Notes under the pieces: generated by a model
What the model was told of the DNA's origin: nothing
The model's database searches: none
What the model saw: only the letters and a program-made list of their open reading frames with translations
Assembly (NCBI GenBank): GCA_964016885.1
Contig: OZ024740.1
Coordinates: forward strand, 156,178,001 to 156,242,000
Source of the DNA: Eledone cirrhosa
Lineage: Eukaryota
DNA length: 64,000 nt
Direction: 5' to 3'
Shown here: piece after piece, positions 15,660-27,685 of the stretch
How positions within the stretch are numbered: the stretch's first letter is position 1
Layout: every line of letters starts with the position of its first letter
Program-made: the position numbers and the translations under genes

Positions 15660-16325
15660 AAAACCAGATGATAATGGAATTACAAAACATTCTAAAGGAG
15701 AACTGGAGAGAATAAATACTCCACGGCCAATATCCCACAAGGTTCAACAGAGCAGATGAAGTCAACAAAGTGAAAGTCAACAATCGCTTAGAAGCCCAAG
15801 ACGAAATGCGGAAACGGAAGGACTGATGTTCACAGCACAAAATCAATGTCTAACCACCAGAGCACAATGAGATAGTTCACCACATCACTTTAGGCCGCTC
15901 ATTCCTAGCTAAGTTTGTATATATAGATAGACATGATAAAGTTGGTAGCTACATCCACTGAACACAATCAGAAATGCCTGTCGAAACTGATAATGAATTT
16001 AAACCAAACTACCTAGACATAACCACCAGGGACTGGAAAATACATATGCATACAGATAGACATGGAAATCCCTTCTGAGCAAAATATTTCCCGAAAAGAA
16101 GTGGAAAATCTGTTTAAATATAAGGATCTAAAAATTTAATATACAATTGTGAAGCATTAAGTTAAAACAATGCTAATAACAAACGTGGTGCAGGGTATGA
16201 TAAAAATAAAGAGAACAAAAAATTAGAAGCCATACCGGGGTACTTTACATTACATAATATCCATAACTAGCTCTGCTAGGAACGGTCCATAGCCTGCACA
16301 AAACATTACCGATTCAATAACAAAG
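15660..16325 (+). mobile_element. 3' fragment of RLE-type non-LTR retrotransposon (R4/Dong-like)
   Basis: Degenerate HHITLG..RHDKVGSYIH, EVE..KYKDL and ALLGT motifs; begins after (TAA)n. Confidence 0.65.
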
Positions 16326-16415
16326 CTCAAATAGAACAATATTCATATATTACCCACAATAAGCACGGAATAAAAAAAAAAAAAAGCAAAACAAACTCAT
16401 ACTCTATAAGATTAA

Positions 16416-16800
16416 TCTCTATATATATATAAACGAAAATGTCTGTCTGTCTGTATGTATGTATGCAGGCGATGCATTTCCACAGTTTCCACCGAATTTG
16501 ATCAAATTTGATACATAGGTTATTTAGCTCCTGGAGCATGTCAACATATAGTTTAAATCTCGCTCACTTCTAAACTAGAAGAGTTCTGGGGCTATTTAAA
16601 AACAGCCATGTTGAGGAGTGGTCTTTATTGAGGAGATAGGGTGGTCTTTCATTCACCATAAACAGAATAAAAACTAAAAGAACTCAAAACGTACATGCCA
16701 ACAGGAGGAATCTATTATACTCACCCAACCCCAACAAAAAAAGAACACACTTTTGCGCACACTTCAAGAACACATGATGTACATAAAACTACTGAAGGAA
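16416..16800 (+). mobile_element. 5' portion of a non-autonomous Helitron-like element
   Basis: A|TCTCTATATATATATAAAC..ATGTCTGTCTGTCTGTATG start resembles the 5' end at 10090-10130; no 3' end found. Confidence 0.5.
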
Positions 16801-16810
16801 CAACAAAAAT

Positions 16811-17035
16811 AATTATTGTTTCTGATTTAGGCACAAGACCAACAATTTTGGGGGATGGGAAAGTCGATTAAATTGACCACAGTGTGTTACTGATACCTTA
16901 TTTTATCAACCCCATGGGCATGAAAGGCAAATCTAACCACGGCGGGATTTGAACTCAGAACGCAAAGAGACGTAACTACATGCCGCAATGCATATTTCTG
17001 ACGATCTACCGATACTGCCAATCCACAGCTACCTA
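16811..17035 (-). mobile_element. tRNA-derived SINE (diverged copy)
   Basis: A box TGGCAGTATCGG, B box GAGTTCAAATCC, core GCCTTTCAT..GATAAAATAAG, tail ..CTTGTGCC..GAAAC(AAT). Confidence 0.85.
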
Positions 17036-17044
17036 CCGTATTAA

Positions 17045-18290
17045 TAATAATAACCGAAGTGTGGTACACTTTCATAAAAGGAGAGAATGCAGTGTTACCT
17101 GGTGGTGAAGTAATGAAAGTTATTGAGGAAAATGGATATAAGTAGTTAGGAAAACTAGAAATAGATACGATCAAAGAGACTGAAATGTAGGCAATTTTTG
17201 GAAAAAATACAATATAATATTGAAATTTGTACTAGAAACATAATTAAATGGAAGAAACAAATTTGTGATAAACATATGACCGATATCAGTAATAAGTTAT
17301 GGAGAAGGTATACTCAGATCGACTAAGGAAGAAATATACAAGTTAGGCAGAAAGACATGAAAAAATAAACCGAGGAAGAAGTATAATAAGCTTTGAAGAA
17401 GGCATAAGAAGTGAAGAGAACAATATGGGATGGCATGTAACAAATAGTTCTGAAGAATTGTTGGTTGGTGTAAAGGTCTCTGGTAGGATTGTGACTACAG
17501 GTTGCATTGATAAGAATTACAAGAGAACCAGAATAGAGGAAATGGAGATATGGTTGTGAGAAAAAATGCAATTACGGACAATTTACAGATTTCATTGTTT
17601 AAAGATTGTTTTTATTTAATGAGGCAATAAGTATTTATGATAAAATTACATAAAAATAATGAAGGATTTAATATTTAGTCAAACATATAGCAAAAGAAAG
17701 TGGCACAGATAGAGGAGTCATAGCGGGGGAAACAAGAAATGTATGTGAAAACTAAATGTAAAGACTGGAACTGAAGCGTTGATCTATCAACACAAAAACG
17801 TGCAGGTAGAACAGATTTTGTGAAATATCGAATGGAATCGCGTCGAATATGAAATCTCCCTTATGTAGACTTTGTAGAGAAAGAGGATAAAAGCATTAGT
17901 AGCAAATTCAGTAAATTTGCACGAAAATATCGTACGCATTGTTATTTGGGAACTATGGCAAATATAATTACCACTAAACCTAGTGAAACATAAACAAAAA
18001 ATAGTTGTAGGATTTCAACATCCAGTAGGATCAAGTGATTGACGTTAGAAAACGAAAAAAACAAAACAAAAAACTATACAGTAATTGATATAGACAAAAG
18101 GGTGTGAAAAAGAACAAAAATGATTGAAATTGGGATAGTGATAGTGGGCACTCTTAGTACAATCACGAAGAAAATGAAATCATTGATGAAAATAATTGGG
18201 GCCAAAGTACTAACAGAACTATTACAGAAAACTGCATTACTAGGAACCGCAAAAATACTGTAGGTACTCAAAAATTGAGCATAAGCCAAA
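17045..18290 (+). mobile_element. R4/Dong-like RLE non-LTR retrotransposon, 3' fragment
   Basis: LPGGEVMKVIEENGYK.LG, NGRNKF..ISVISYG and terminal LQKTALLGTAKIL; follows (TAA)n. Confidence 0.75.
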
Positions 18291-19843
18291 AAAAAAAGAA
18301 AATCATTAATTATAACTTGCTAAGAAGAAAGTAGTTTTTAGGACTTTCGTCCAAGAACGACATGAGAGAGAGAGAGAGAGAAACATGTAAGGCTGTTAGA
18401 AAATTTGAAGCAGAAAGAATGAGCTTGACACGATGGAAAAGGAATGACGAGAGAAAGAAACGGAGTATGTTGTGAGACGGTTACTGAGAAAGCATTACAA
18501 GCGTTAAATACCTACAATTCCTTGCTTTCAGTCGAAAGACGCTATTGTATATATTTTTGAGTATCTGTCATTATTCACAGCTATTGACAAACAAGAAAAC
18601 GGTCGCTCTACTTCCCTTCGTGTTGTAATCCTTCCAGTGACACTTGACGAGAGAGTATTGGTGCTTTATTTTGGCTTTGTTCCGTTTCATTGCCCTCTGC
18701 ACTTTTTTCTCATTATATTTTTCTCCATGTTCCCTTGTAATCCCCCCCCCTCCCCCATATATTTATTTGTTTATAATCCTCTTCTTTCTGGTCTTATTTT
18801 GTTTACTCCTTATCATATTTGTTTATATATATATACATATTACCCACCTTCATATATACGGTAGAAATCGATTCCGGGTAGTCGCCTTGAATGGTTTTCG
18901 TGATTGTAATCTCTTCACCAGATTTATTTATTATATATGTAGAGGACGGACTGGGATAGTCAACTGAAAAATAAAGTAAAAAGAAAATAAGATGAAAGGA
19001 TATTGTCATATGAATATGAAGTCACTTCAATTAAGATATATGACAAACTACTGAACGCACAAATAAAAATGTTCGTTAATTCGATATTTCTGAACATTTT
19101 CTTAATATAAATATTACCCTCCGATCTGTATTATTTAGATACACCGCAATAACCCCTAGGAAATATGTACAAGATCACTTTGTCTGCTAGAAATACCAGC
19201 TGATGTTCCGTTTCAACCATACCATAATGCTTAAAAAGGGACACTGTAATATATATATATATATACATTTTCATAGAATTGTAGTATTTTTTAGCACGAA
19301 GGGTAATTGTAAACAACTGGATTCTATATGTATAGTAAAAAGTCGGGTTAAGATATAACCACATATTGAACAAAGAGCGGGAGAGAAAGGAAGAAAGAGA
19401 GTTTAAAGTATGAGATGAGAAATGAGAGGGGTATAGAGAGAGGAAAAAGAGGAGAGGAGAAAAGCAGAAATGAGACCGATGGAGTAGAACTTTTGGAGAA
19501 TTGCGAAAAAGGATAAAAAGAATGGAGAAAGGATGGGGTAAGTAAACTAACAAGAAAAATAGAACTTTAGCGTCATATGAATCATCAACTTCTTTCAAGA
19601 CTAACATAGTTTCTCGCGGGATATTGGCTGTTTCAATTGATGAAATTGTAAGTACTTTAACGTTTTTCCTATGTTAATCTGCCGATACAATAATTACATT
19701 GCTTTCATAGATTTAGTTCTCAGGCTGGGATGTGGTTGAACAATTACTTCTTTGCGTATGCTACAAATGAATTTGTTGAGCAAATTGTAAACAACAAGAT
19801 CGAAATCCCTGGATATCGATCTAAACCCATATTATTATTATTA

Positions 19844-19960
19844 CTAGCAGAAAAACTACCCTTCAGGTGGTTTTCTGCTAGCATATGTAGTGTGCATATT
19901 GGTATTATACACAAATATATATGCTTATAGATATATGTAAATTGAACAGTAAATTGACAA
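19844..19960 (-). mobile_element. Helitron 3'-terminal fragment (same family as 3025 end)
   Basis: ctagcagaaaaactaccc..ggtggttttctgctag hairpin plus ~100 bp homologous to 3025-3130. Confidence 0.75.
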
Positions 19961-19962
19961 TA

Positions 19963-20640
19963 TCTTCTTCTTCACTCACTTATATATGTGAGGGTCGTGG
20001 GGGCAGAGTCCTCAAACACTCCTTCCAGCGAGTCTGTCAGAAGCAAACATCTCTAACTGATCCAGCTGGATCCCAAAGCGTGATCCCAAGCTCATGGATG
20101 TTATCCAGCTATCTTGCTCAGAGTCTACCTCTGGGCCTCTTGCCCGTTGGTTTTTGCCTGTAAAATGTATCCAGCGATCCTTTACTGAGATATTCTAACC
20201 ATATGCTCATAATATCGGAGTTGTGATCTCTCAATTCAGAGAAGTAGCGGCTCTACCAGGAGTGACTCTCTGGTCTCTGAGTTATGCACTTTATCGAGTA
20301 ACGTTACTCCAAAGACCCTTCAGAGGAATCCCATTTCTGCCACTTTTATTTGCAATTGTATTCTTTTGGTCATTACCCAAGATTCATGATCCTCGGTAAG
20401 AGTTGGCAGGAATACCAGGAAGACAGCGAGTTTGTCTTTTACACCCCCCCCCCCTTCTGATTACTGAATGCTGAGGCTGGTACATTACTGCATCAGCTTT
20501 TGCAATTCTTACACTTAATTCAGCCTCCTGCATTCCATCACTCATGAACACGGCTCCAAGATACTTGAACTTCTCTAACTGTTTCAGTAGAACTCCATTC
20601 ACATGTATCTCAATTTGAGGGACATCTGTCAACCCGTCCA
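19963..20640 (-). mobile_element. RTE-clade LINE 3' fragment
   Basis: NGVLLKQLEKFKYLG..ELSVRIAKA, GKRPRGR C-terminal motif and (GAA)n tail. Confidence 0.85.
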
Positions 20641-20849
20641 TCACGCAATGTGTATGTGTGTTTCTGTGAATGTATGTGTGTGTAAAAGGAAGGAAAGGGA
20701 TACACACATATATGTCTCTAACTTAAAAAACAGTGACACACACACACGTGTCTCTAATTTAAGAACGCCGACAAACTCACGCGCACGCACATATACACAC
20801 TGTCCTATTACCACTCAAGAGCTTTGGCTCGGGCAAATATCCCCTCAAT

Positions 20850-20946
20850 TTTACTTTTCAATTTACATATACATATTTGCGTATAATACCAATATGCACA
20901 CTACATATGCTAGCAGAAAACCACCCGCGGGCGGTTTTTCTGCTAG
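20850..20946 (+). mobile_element. Helitron 3'-terminal fragment, inverted relative to 19844
   Basis: gctagcagaaaaccacccgcgggcggtttttctgCTAG|T. Confidence 0.75.
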
Positions 20947-21496
20947 TTATATTAAATGAGTTTTAAATAAAGAGTTAATAAATAAATAAAACGTTATACT
21001 TGTTTTACCCTCCCATTTCCAATTCACCGAACGCTGCTATTATGACTGTATGTGTGTGTTTGTATATGCGTGAATGTATGTGTGAAAGTATGTGTGAATG
21101 TATGTGTATTTGTGTGAATGTATGTCCGTGAGCGTGTATTTTTATAAGTTTGTGTTTGCGTGATTATTGTTATATACTCATAATAGTTATATACTCATAC
21201 ATATAGATGTATGTATGTGCCCAATCATATGCGTCAGCGTGTAGAAAATCATAATCTGTCTATCTCTTTCATCACACACTCTCTCTTTTTATATATATAG
21301 TAGTTGAAGTGGTGATGGTAGCCACGATATACAGGAAGTGTAGACATTTGAAACTTTGAAAAGAAGTAAATTTTAATTTATCTGTTTACGAAATTTAGTA
21401 GATACATTATGTAATATTCATTCATTATTTATTCAAAGTAATCTAATTTATTTTACTAACTTTATCATAGTTTAAATTATTATTATTATTATTATT

Positions 21497-21900
21497 GTGG
21501 ATTGGCAGTATCGGTAGAGGGTCGGACACCATGCTTTGAAGCATAAAGTTACCTCCCTTTATGATCTGAGTTCAAATCCCGCTGAGCTTAACTTTGCCTT
21601 TCATCCTTACGGGGGTCGATAAAATAAAGTACCAGTAATGTATTGGTTAATTGCAGGCCTTGTGCCAAAGGTAGAAACAATAGTTATATATATATAAAGG
21701 GCGTTGGATTGGCAGTATCGGTAGAGGGTCGGACGCGATGTTTTGACGCATAGAGTTAAGGCCCTTACCATTCTGAGTTCAACTCCCGCCGAGGTTAACT
21801 TTGCCTTTGATCCTTACGGGGTCGATAAAATAAAGTACCAGTAATGCACTGGGGTAATTGCTGGCCTTGTGCAAAAAGTAGAAACAATTATTATTATTAT
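21497..21900 (+). mobile_element. Two tandem tRNA-derived SINEs (core resembles Deu/Nin-type domain)
   Basis: Units at 21497-21682 and 21698-21900, each with A/B boxes, AACTTTGCCTTT(C/G)ATCCTTACGGGGTCGATAAAATAAAGTACCAG core and GGCCTTGTGC..GTAGAAAC tail; the second ends in (ATT)n. Domain name is from recall. Confidence 0.9.
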
Positions 21901-22083
21901 TGGTTTGATAGGACGTCTTTTTGATCGCTCTATTTACTTGTTATAATTATTTGTTGTTAATTTGTTCTTGTTGTGTAAGTTATATAAGCCCTTGGACTTT
22001 ACCCTGTGAAGGGGAAAGTATAATATTTGGGCCTTTTGGCCCAAATATTTGAACATTTTACTTTTTAAAATTATAAAAAAAAC

Positions 22084-24064
22084 ATGGCTGAGCCACGCCC
22101 CCCAGCTATATGTCTGCTGTCGTGTGACAACGGCTAAAAGTTGAGAGGAGGGTTACAGAAATTGATACAACAAACACCACCACAAGCAACGTGAACAAAG
22201 ACAACAATGACAACAACACTGAGAACACTAATTTTGAAAAAATTACCACACTAACTACAACAATTAGTTAAATACCATTCTTTCATCTGATACAACACAA
22301 TAAAGACTAAAGTGTTTAAAAAAAAAAAATTATGTTGAAGACTACAACAATAACAGCGACAACAAAAATACAGACAACATAAAAAAATGACAACAAATGC
22401 AACAACGATATTAACACAACTAACAAGAAAATAAACAACGACAACACCAACAGCAACAAGAACAACAACTACGGTGGAAGCAATAACACCAACAACACGA
22501 CCAGTAACAGCAGTAGCAGCAGCAATAATGGTGCCGCTTAAAAAGGGACCACTTCTTTCGCAGGTGTGGCTCGAAATATAGAAACAGTGCTAGTCACGGA
22601 GGGGGAGATGGCAGTCGCAAGGGCCATGGTGACAAGAAATGATAATAGAGTTTCCCTGAAACCTCCACCCGATTTTTTCAAGGAGTAGCAGCTACGCACG
22701 ATGACTTACCGCGCCGTAAGCAAAATGTCACATCGGGTGGAGAGAGCCACAGAGGCTCAAATCCAAAAGGCCTTGGGGTGCGTCTGGGCGCGCAAAACCC
22801 ACATCACCCGAGGCGAAAAGTATGCCACAGTAGACGTACTTTTCGCCACCCACCAAGAGGCGAAGTCTCACTTTTGGAAACCCTAAAGAGTGAAGAGATA
22901 GTCTTGGTGCCTTCCTACTCTGGGCGGAAAATTGTGAGGGTCAAAGTGACCCAAATCCCGCCGCGTCCCTTGGCTGGCCGCGTCTGTCCTAACTGGAATC
23001 GAGGACAGGACCACCATACTGCAAATACAGAGAATGGGAAGAGAGAACTGGTCAGGTATAGGCGTGCAAATGCTAATACAAACTGACGAGGAGTGTATCG
23101 AAGCCATCCCAGATATCATAGACCTCGAGGAAGGAATCCAACTCCCTATAAGCGTGGAAGGAAGGCGTCCAAAGTGCTATCTCTGCGGGCAAAAGGGTCA
23201 CATCAGGGCCTTTTTCCAGCAGAAGACAGCCAAGAAGAGGCCCCTTCCCTCCTTCCGACACCTGATCCGCTGCTACCAAGAGCAGGGCAGGCAACAGAGA
23301 CAGAAGACTCTTCCACGGTGAGTAGGAGGGCAATGTCCATGGTACCCATACCAAGGCCACGGACAACTAAAACAGCGGCAGCAGTGGCGGCAACACCAGT
23401 AGCTACATTTGGAGTAGCTGCACCAGCAACAAAATCACCGCAGAGTGCTATACTACCACCACCAACAGCCGTGGAGCACATACCCCTCCCAGACGCCACG
23501 GAATCCGACATGGATTATGAGGCGGGAGTGAAGTGGTAAAAGGTCTTCCACAAAAAAACAAAAACGAAAGAACCACTTAGCTTCGCCCTCCTAAAGCGAG
23601 GACAAACAAAGGGTAAAGGCTGCAAGGCGACTTGCAGCAACGCCACCACCATCACCACCACAAGCACCACCACCAACAACAACCACACCACCACCAGCAT
23701 CACAAACACAACAAAGCACACACACCCAACAAGAAAAAAAGCAACAAACCACCCTCCCCTCAAAAAGTACACAGCTATAAATATTGTGCACCAAGGACTA
23801 ATGGAACATATAAAACAGCACACCAATATTTCAGACGCAAATTACCACACCCCACAGACACCAAGAACATTACCACAAAATATTAACATTGTGGAAATTG
23901 AACTCGAAGATTACAAACAAATAAAACGAAAATTCCCCAACGCAGTTGGGGATTTCAGATGGTCGCTGTCCAAGAGAATCTATACAGATATCATCTTGGA
24001 GACACCCATGACCAGCCGAAGGGACGGTTCTACTGTCCATTCCCCACATGATCAAGGTAAGTGA
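22084..24064 (+). pseudogene. Tx1 ORF1 (Asn/Thr-rich N-terminus, putative RRM-like core, CCHC knuckle, Pro/Thr-rich C-terminus)
   Basis: VEGRRPKCYLCGQKGHIRAF knuckle; homologous segments in copies A, B, D and E; stops and frameshifts. Confidence 0.85.
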
Positions 24065-24095
24065 TCCTTTCTCACTTATCCTGTCCTCACCCAGC

Positions 24096-27000
24096 ATGGC
24101 CGTACTTAGAATAGGCAATGTAAATGTACGTGGCCTGAGGTCATCTTGGAAGCAAGACCACCTGCTCAACGACCTCAGGTCACTAAACATAGATGTGGTG
24201 GCCATCAGTGAGACCAGAATCTCTGAAGCATGAGCCTTCGCACCGATCTTCGGCGGCTACGATGTATATGCATCTCCCAGCCGTCCAGGATCGAGGGAAG
24301 GAATTGCTGTGCTTTTTCGGAGAGGCTTAGATCTCGCCATACGGGCCATCTTCCTGAACCCAGAAGGTAAGTCGGTGGTGCTGGACGTGAGCGGCAGCGA
24401 AGGCAATGCTTTCAGGCTAGTAGCCGTCTATGCCCCAACAGAGGCAGGACGGCCAGATTTCTTCAGACGTCTAGAGACCTTTCTGGGAACGTCCTGCTCT
24501 TTAGTGTTAGTGGGCGACTGGAACGGTATCTTAGATGCATTATGTAGGGCTATTAGACAGGACAGGAGGGTGTAAAAGCCTAAACAACCTGCTCAGACGT
24601 TTTGAACAGTCTGACAGGTATAGACTGGATTGTCCGAATGTGTCAATGTGGACATGGGCAAACTGCATCGGGTCATCCAGATCGTATTTAGATAGGGTAT
24701 TCTGTAGGGAAACAGATAAGGCTGTCCACAATTTATAGTAGTCGACTACACTAACCACAAATGTGTGATCTGCGAAGATGACTTAGATAGACTCCATAGG
24801 CAAAGGCCCGGTTACTGGAAGCTGAACGCGTCGTACCCGGCGCGCAAAGCTTACAGAGACTGGATTAGCGAATTAATTTTAACATTACGTTGACGGGTGC
24901 GATCGTCAACAACAGGGGGTGGTTTACCCTGAAAAGGGCTATTAGAGTAGAATCGATAAGGTCTAGCAAAGGAGTAGTGATAGAGGAAAATAGAGTAGAG
25001 GGAGAGTTAATTAGAAAGCTTAGAAGAGGCGTTTAGGACAGGCATCGCAACCGACATGCTTGCGGCGAGATTGGCACTCGACCAATTCTTCAATGCAAAG
25101 CACAAAGGCTGCGTTGTCAGAGCTAGAGCGCGTGCTCTAAGACTTGAGGGGACGAAAGCCGTTGAATGGGCCCGGGTGGTAGAGGCGCGACGTGACAACA
25201 AGTCCACAATTCGGTCTTTGCCTGATCAAAACGGGCGCATGTCGCTCGAACCCGTACAGATGTGTGCGGCTTTTCAACAGCACTTTGCTCCAATTTTCAG
25301 GAGCGGCGGCGGGCCGGATCGGAGTATGGTCTACGGTGCATACCTCGACGGACTGCCGCGGCTCTCGATGACAACAGCGCATTGCTGCGAAAAGCCGATA
25401 ACAACAGGTGAAATACGGGAAGCGATGTCTGACTGCACGAGGAGTAAATCGCCAGGTTTGAATGGTCTGCCCTACGAGCTTTATGTGTATATGCCAGACT
25501 TGTTCGGCGACCTCTTGGCAGATGTCTACTGCAACTGGCAGCAGAACGAGAGCATTCCCAGTTTTGTGATCCGGGGAGCGGTGGCGCTGCTGAGAAAAGA
25601 CCCGAACAAGGTGGACGTTATAGACAACTTCAGGCCCATAACTCTGCTAAACACAGAGTCTAAGATTTTGGCCAAGGTGTTAGCAAAGAGACTGGCGCTT
25701 GTTGTCGGTTATCTGGTGGGAGAGGCGCAGATATGCGCAATTCCGGACAGATCCATCCACGACAACCTCCATCTCATGCGATACATCATAGAGAGGGTGG
25801 TTACGAAACCTGGCACGGGTGGGGCCCTGATCAACTTGGATCAATCTAAAGCATTTGATAGGGCTGACCATCAGTACCTGGCTGCAGTCCTCGAGGCGGC
25901 CGGCATCGGCCCCGTTTTTAGGGGCCGGATCGCTGCGATGCACAGTGACATTTGCTCGATTGTGAGGGTAAATGGTCACCTGTCGCAGTCATTCAGCATC
26001 TTGCGCCCTCTTGTACATATTGGCCCTCGAGCCGTTACGGCTCAAATTGGAGACGATGAGGGGGGGGGGGGGTCATACGCGAACTGGGATGAGGGAGATC
26101 CGTGTCAGCTTACGCCGACGACGTCACCGTGATGGTGTCGAGCACCAAACACGTTCAGATGCTCGGCGCCGCTTTCAAGGAATACGAAGCGGTGACAGGA
26201 GCAAAAATAAACCAGGAAAAGTCGGTGAGCTTGCAACGGCACCTGGAGAGGAAAGTCCATGCCGTCCGACAGTGTGGTGGGGCGCTGGACGGAAGGACCG
26301 GTTGAATTGCTCGGGGTCTGGTTCGGTCCGGACCTCCAGATAGAGAAAAACTGGAGCGAGGTGACAAGCAGGGTGCCCTCTCTCACACAGAAATGGGCCG
26401 AGAGAACGCTGTCTCTGAAAGGTCGGGTGAAGATGGCGAATGCGTACATAGCGTCCCTCATCTGATACCGCCTGACCGTCGTACCTTTCCCCCGCCCAAC
26501 TCTGACCAAAATGGAGCGCCTTCTCTTCCTCTTTTTGTGGAAGGGACGTGCTCCCATGTTCAGACGATCCATCTGCTGACGGTGAACAGGTGTGGAGCCG
26601 TTTGCCAGACGCGCTTTTCCCCAGCTCGTCTCGTTGACGGAGCTGCAGTCCTGGATCAGGAAAAGACCGAGGGATAACCTTGGAAGCTGGAATGTCGCTA
26701 AGCGCCCTCTACCAGCTGGGCACTAGTATCGGTGGAACATCCACCTCGGCGTTCTATAGAGGGCTAGTGGAGGGGAAGAGCAACAACTTTCTCGTGGAGA
26801 CCCTGGGCGTAGAAGACGATCAGCTGTTCGCTCTCTTCAAGAGAACTTTCTGCCCAGGGCCTATGGACAACTTCAAGAAATCCCTGGTCTGGCAGTGCTA
26901 CCGGGGAGCGTTGCTGGTACGGGATAAGCTCTACAAGCACGGAGGTGCTGTCAGCCGAGCCTGTCCGAGATGCGCGCAGAGCGACGAAACCGTCCTGCAC

Positions 27001-27304
27001 GCACCCGTTCAGAGTCCATTGTGCAGATATCCCCACGATCCTCCTTTATGGAGGAGGAAGGGCAGGCAGTTTTCATTTGCCTGGTGACCATGGCAAAAGA
27101 GATTGTGTGGTGGACAAGGCTGAAAGGGTTGAAGACGGACACTTTCCTCTCCGGCCAATCCCCGATTAACTTTTTCAAGTTTCACTTGAAGAGGAAAATC
27201 AGGGTGGAGAGCAAGTGCTGTCTTCTAGTAAGTTTGTTGAAAGGTGGATTAAAGTGGCGAGTCTGGTCTGAGTGAACGGGCCCGCTCTGAGTATGCGCCT
27301 GTAG
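24096..27304 (+). pseudogene. Tx1 ORF2 (APE endonuclease, reverse transcriptase, Zn finger)
   Basis: NVNVRGL, AISET, VGDWN, SYLDR, PGYWKLN, FRPITLLN, DQSKAFD, AYADD, CPRC..ETVLH. Confidence 0.93.
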
Positions 27305-27575
27305 TGTGAGGAGTGGGAAAACTGAGAGAGGGCGCTTGCCCTGGTGGTGAGGGTGGCCGTGGTTTTTGTGTGGCTTTCGCCACGAGTGACCCTCGGAGGT
27401 TTCCCCCTTTTTGGGGAATTTTTGTTGTTTGAATTTTTTGATTTCTATCCCGATTTTGTTATAACCTGTTTACATAAACAAAACCCACTTTGTATCGTCC
27501 TGTACTGTTCTGTGCCGTCTCCACTGGTTTTCCTCATGTTAGCCCTTGTGGCCAATAAAGAAACCATTATTATTA

Positions 27576-27685
27576 CCTGAGTTCAAATCCCGCCGAGGTC
27601 GATAAAATAAAGTACCAGTAATGCACTGGGTAATTGCTGGCCTTGTGCCTAAAGTAGAGACAATTATTATTATTATTATTATTAA
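27576..27685 (+). mobile_element. Partial SINE between Tx1 copies C and D
   Basis: B box, core remnant, tail and (ATT)n. Confidence 0.85.

Larger units (their letters stand above)
21901..27575 (+). mobile_element. Tx1 copy C, near full length (~5.7 kb), decayed
   Basis: 5' UTR, ORF1 (22084-24064), ORF2 (24096-27304), 3' UTR with AATAAA and (ATT)n tail. Confidence 0.95.

Noticed and set aside
21497-21900. tRNA genes
   Set aside because: A/B boxes only, no cloverleaf; they continue into the SINE core and tail.
24057-24094. Micro-intron fusing ORF1 to ORF2
   Set aside because: Splicing gives out-of-frame joins in copies C, D and E, and copy B lacks the AG.
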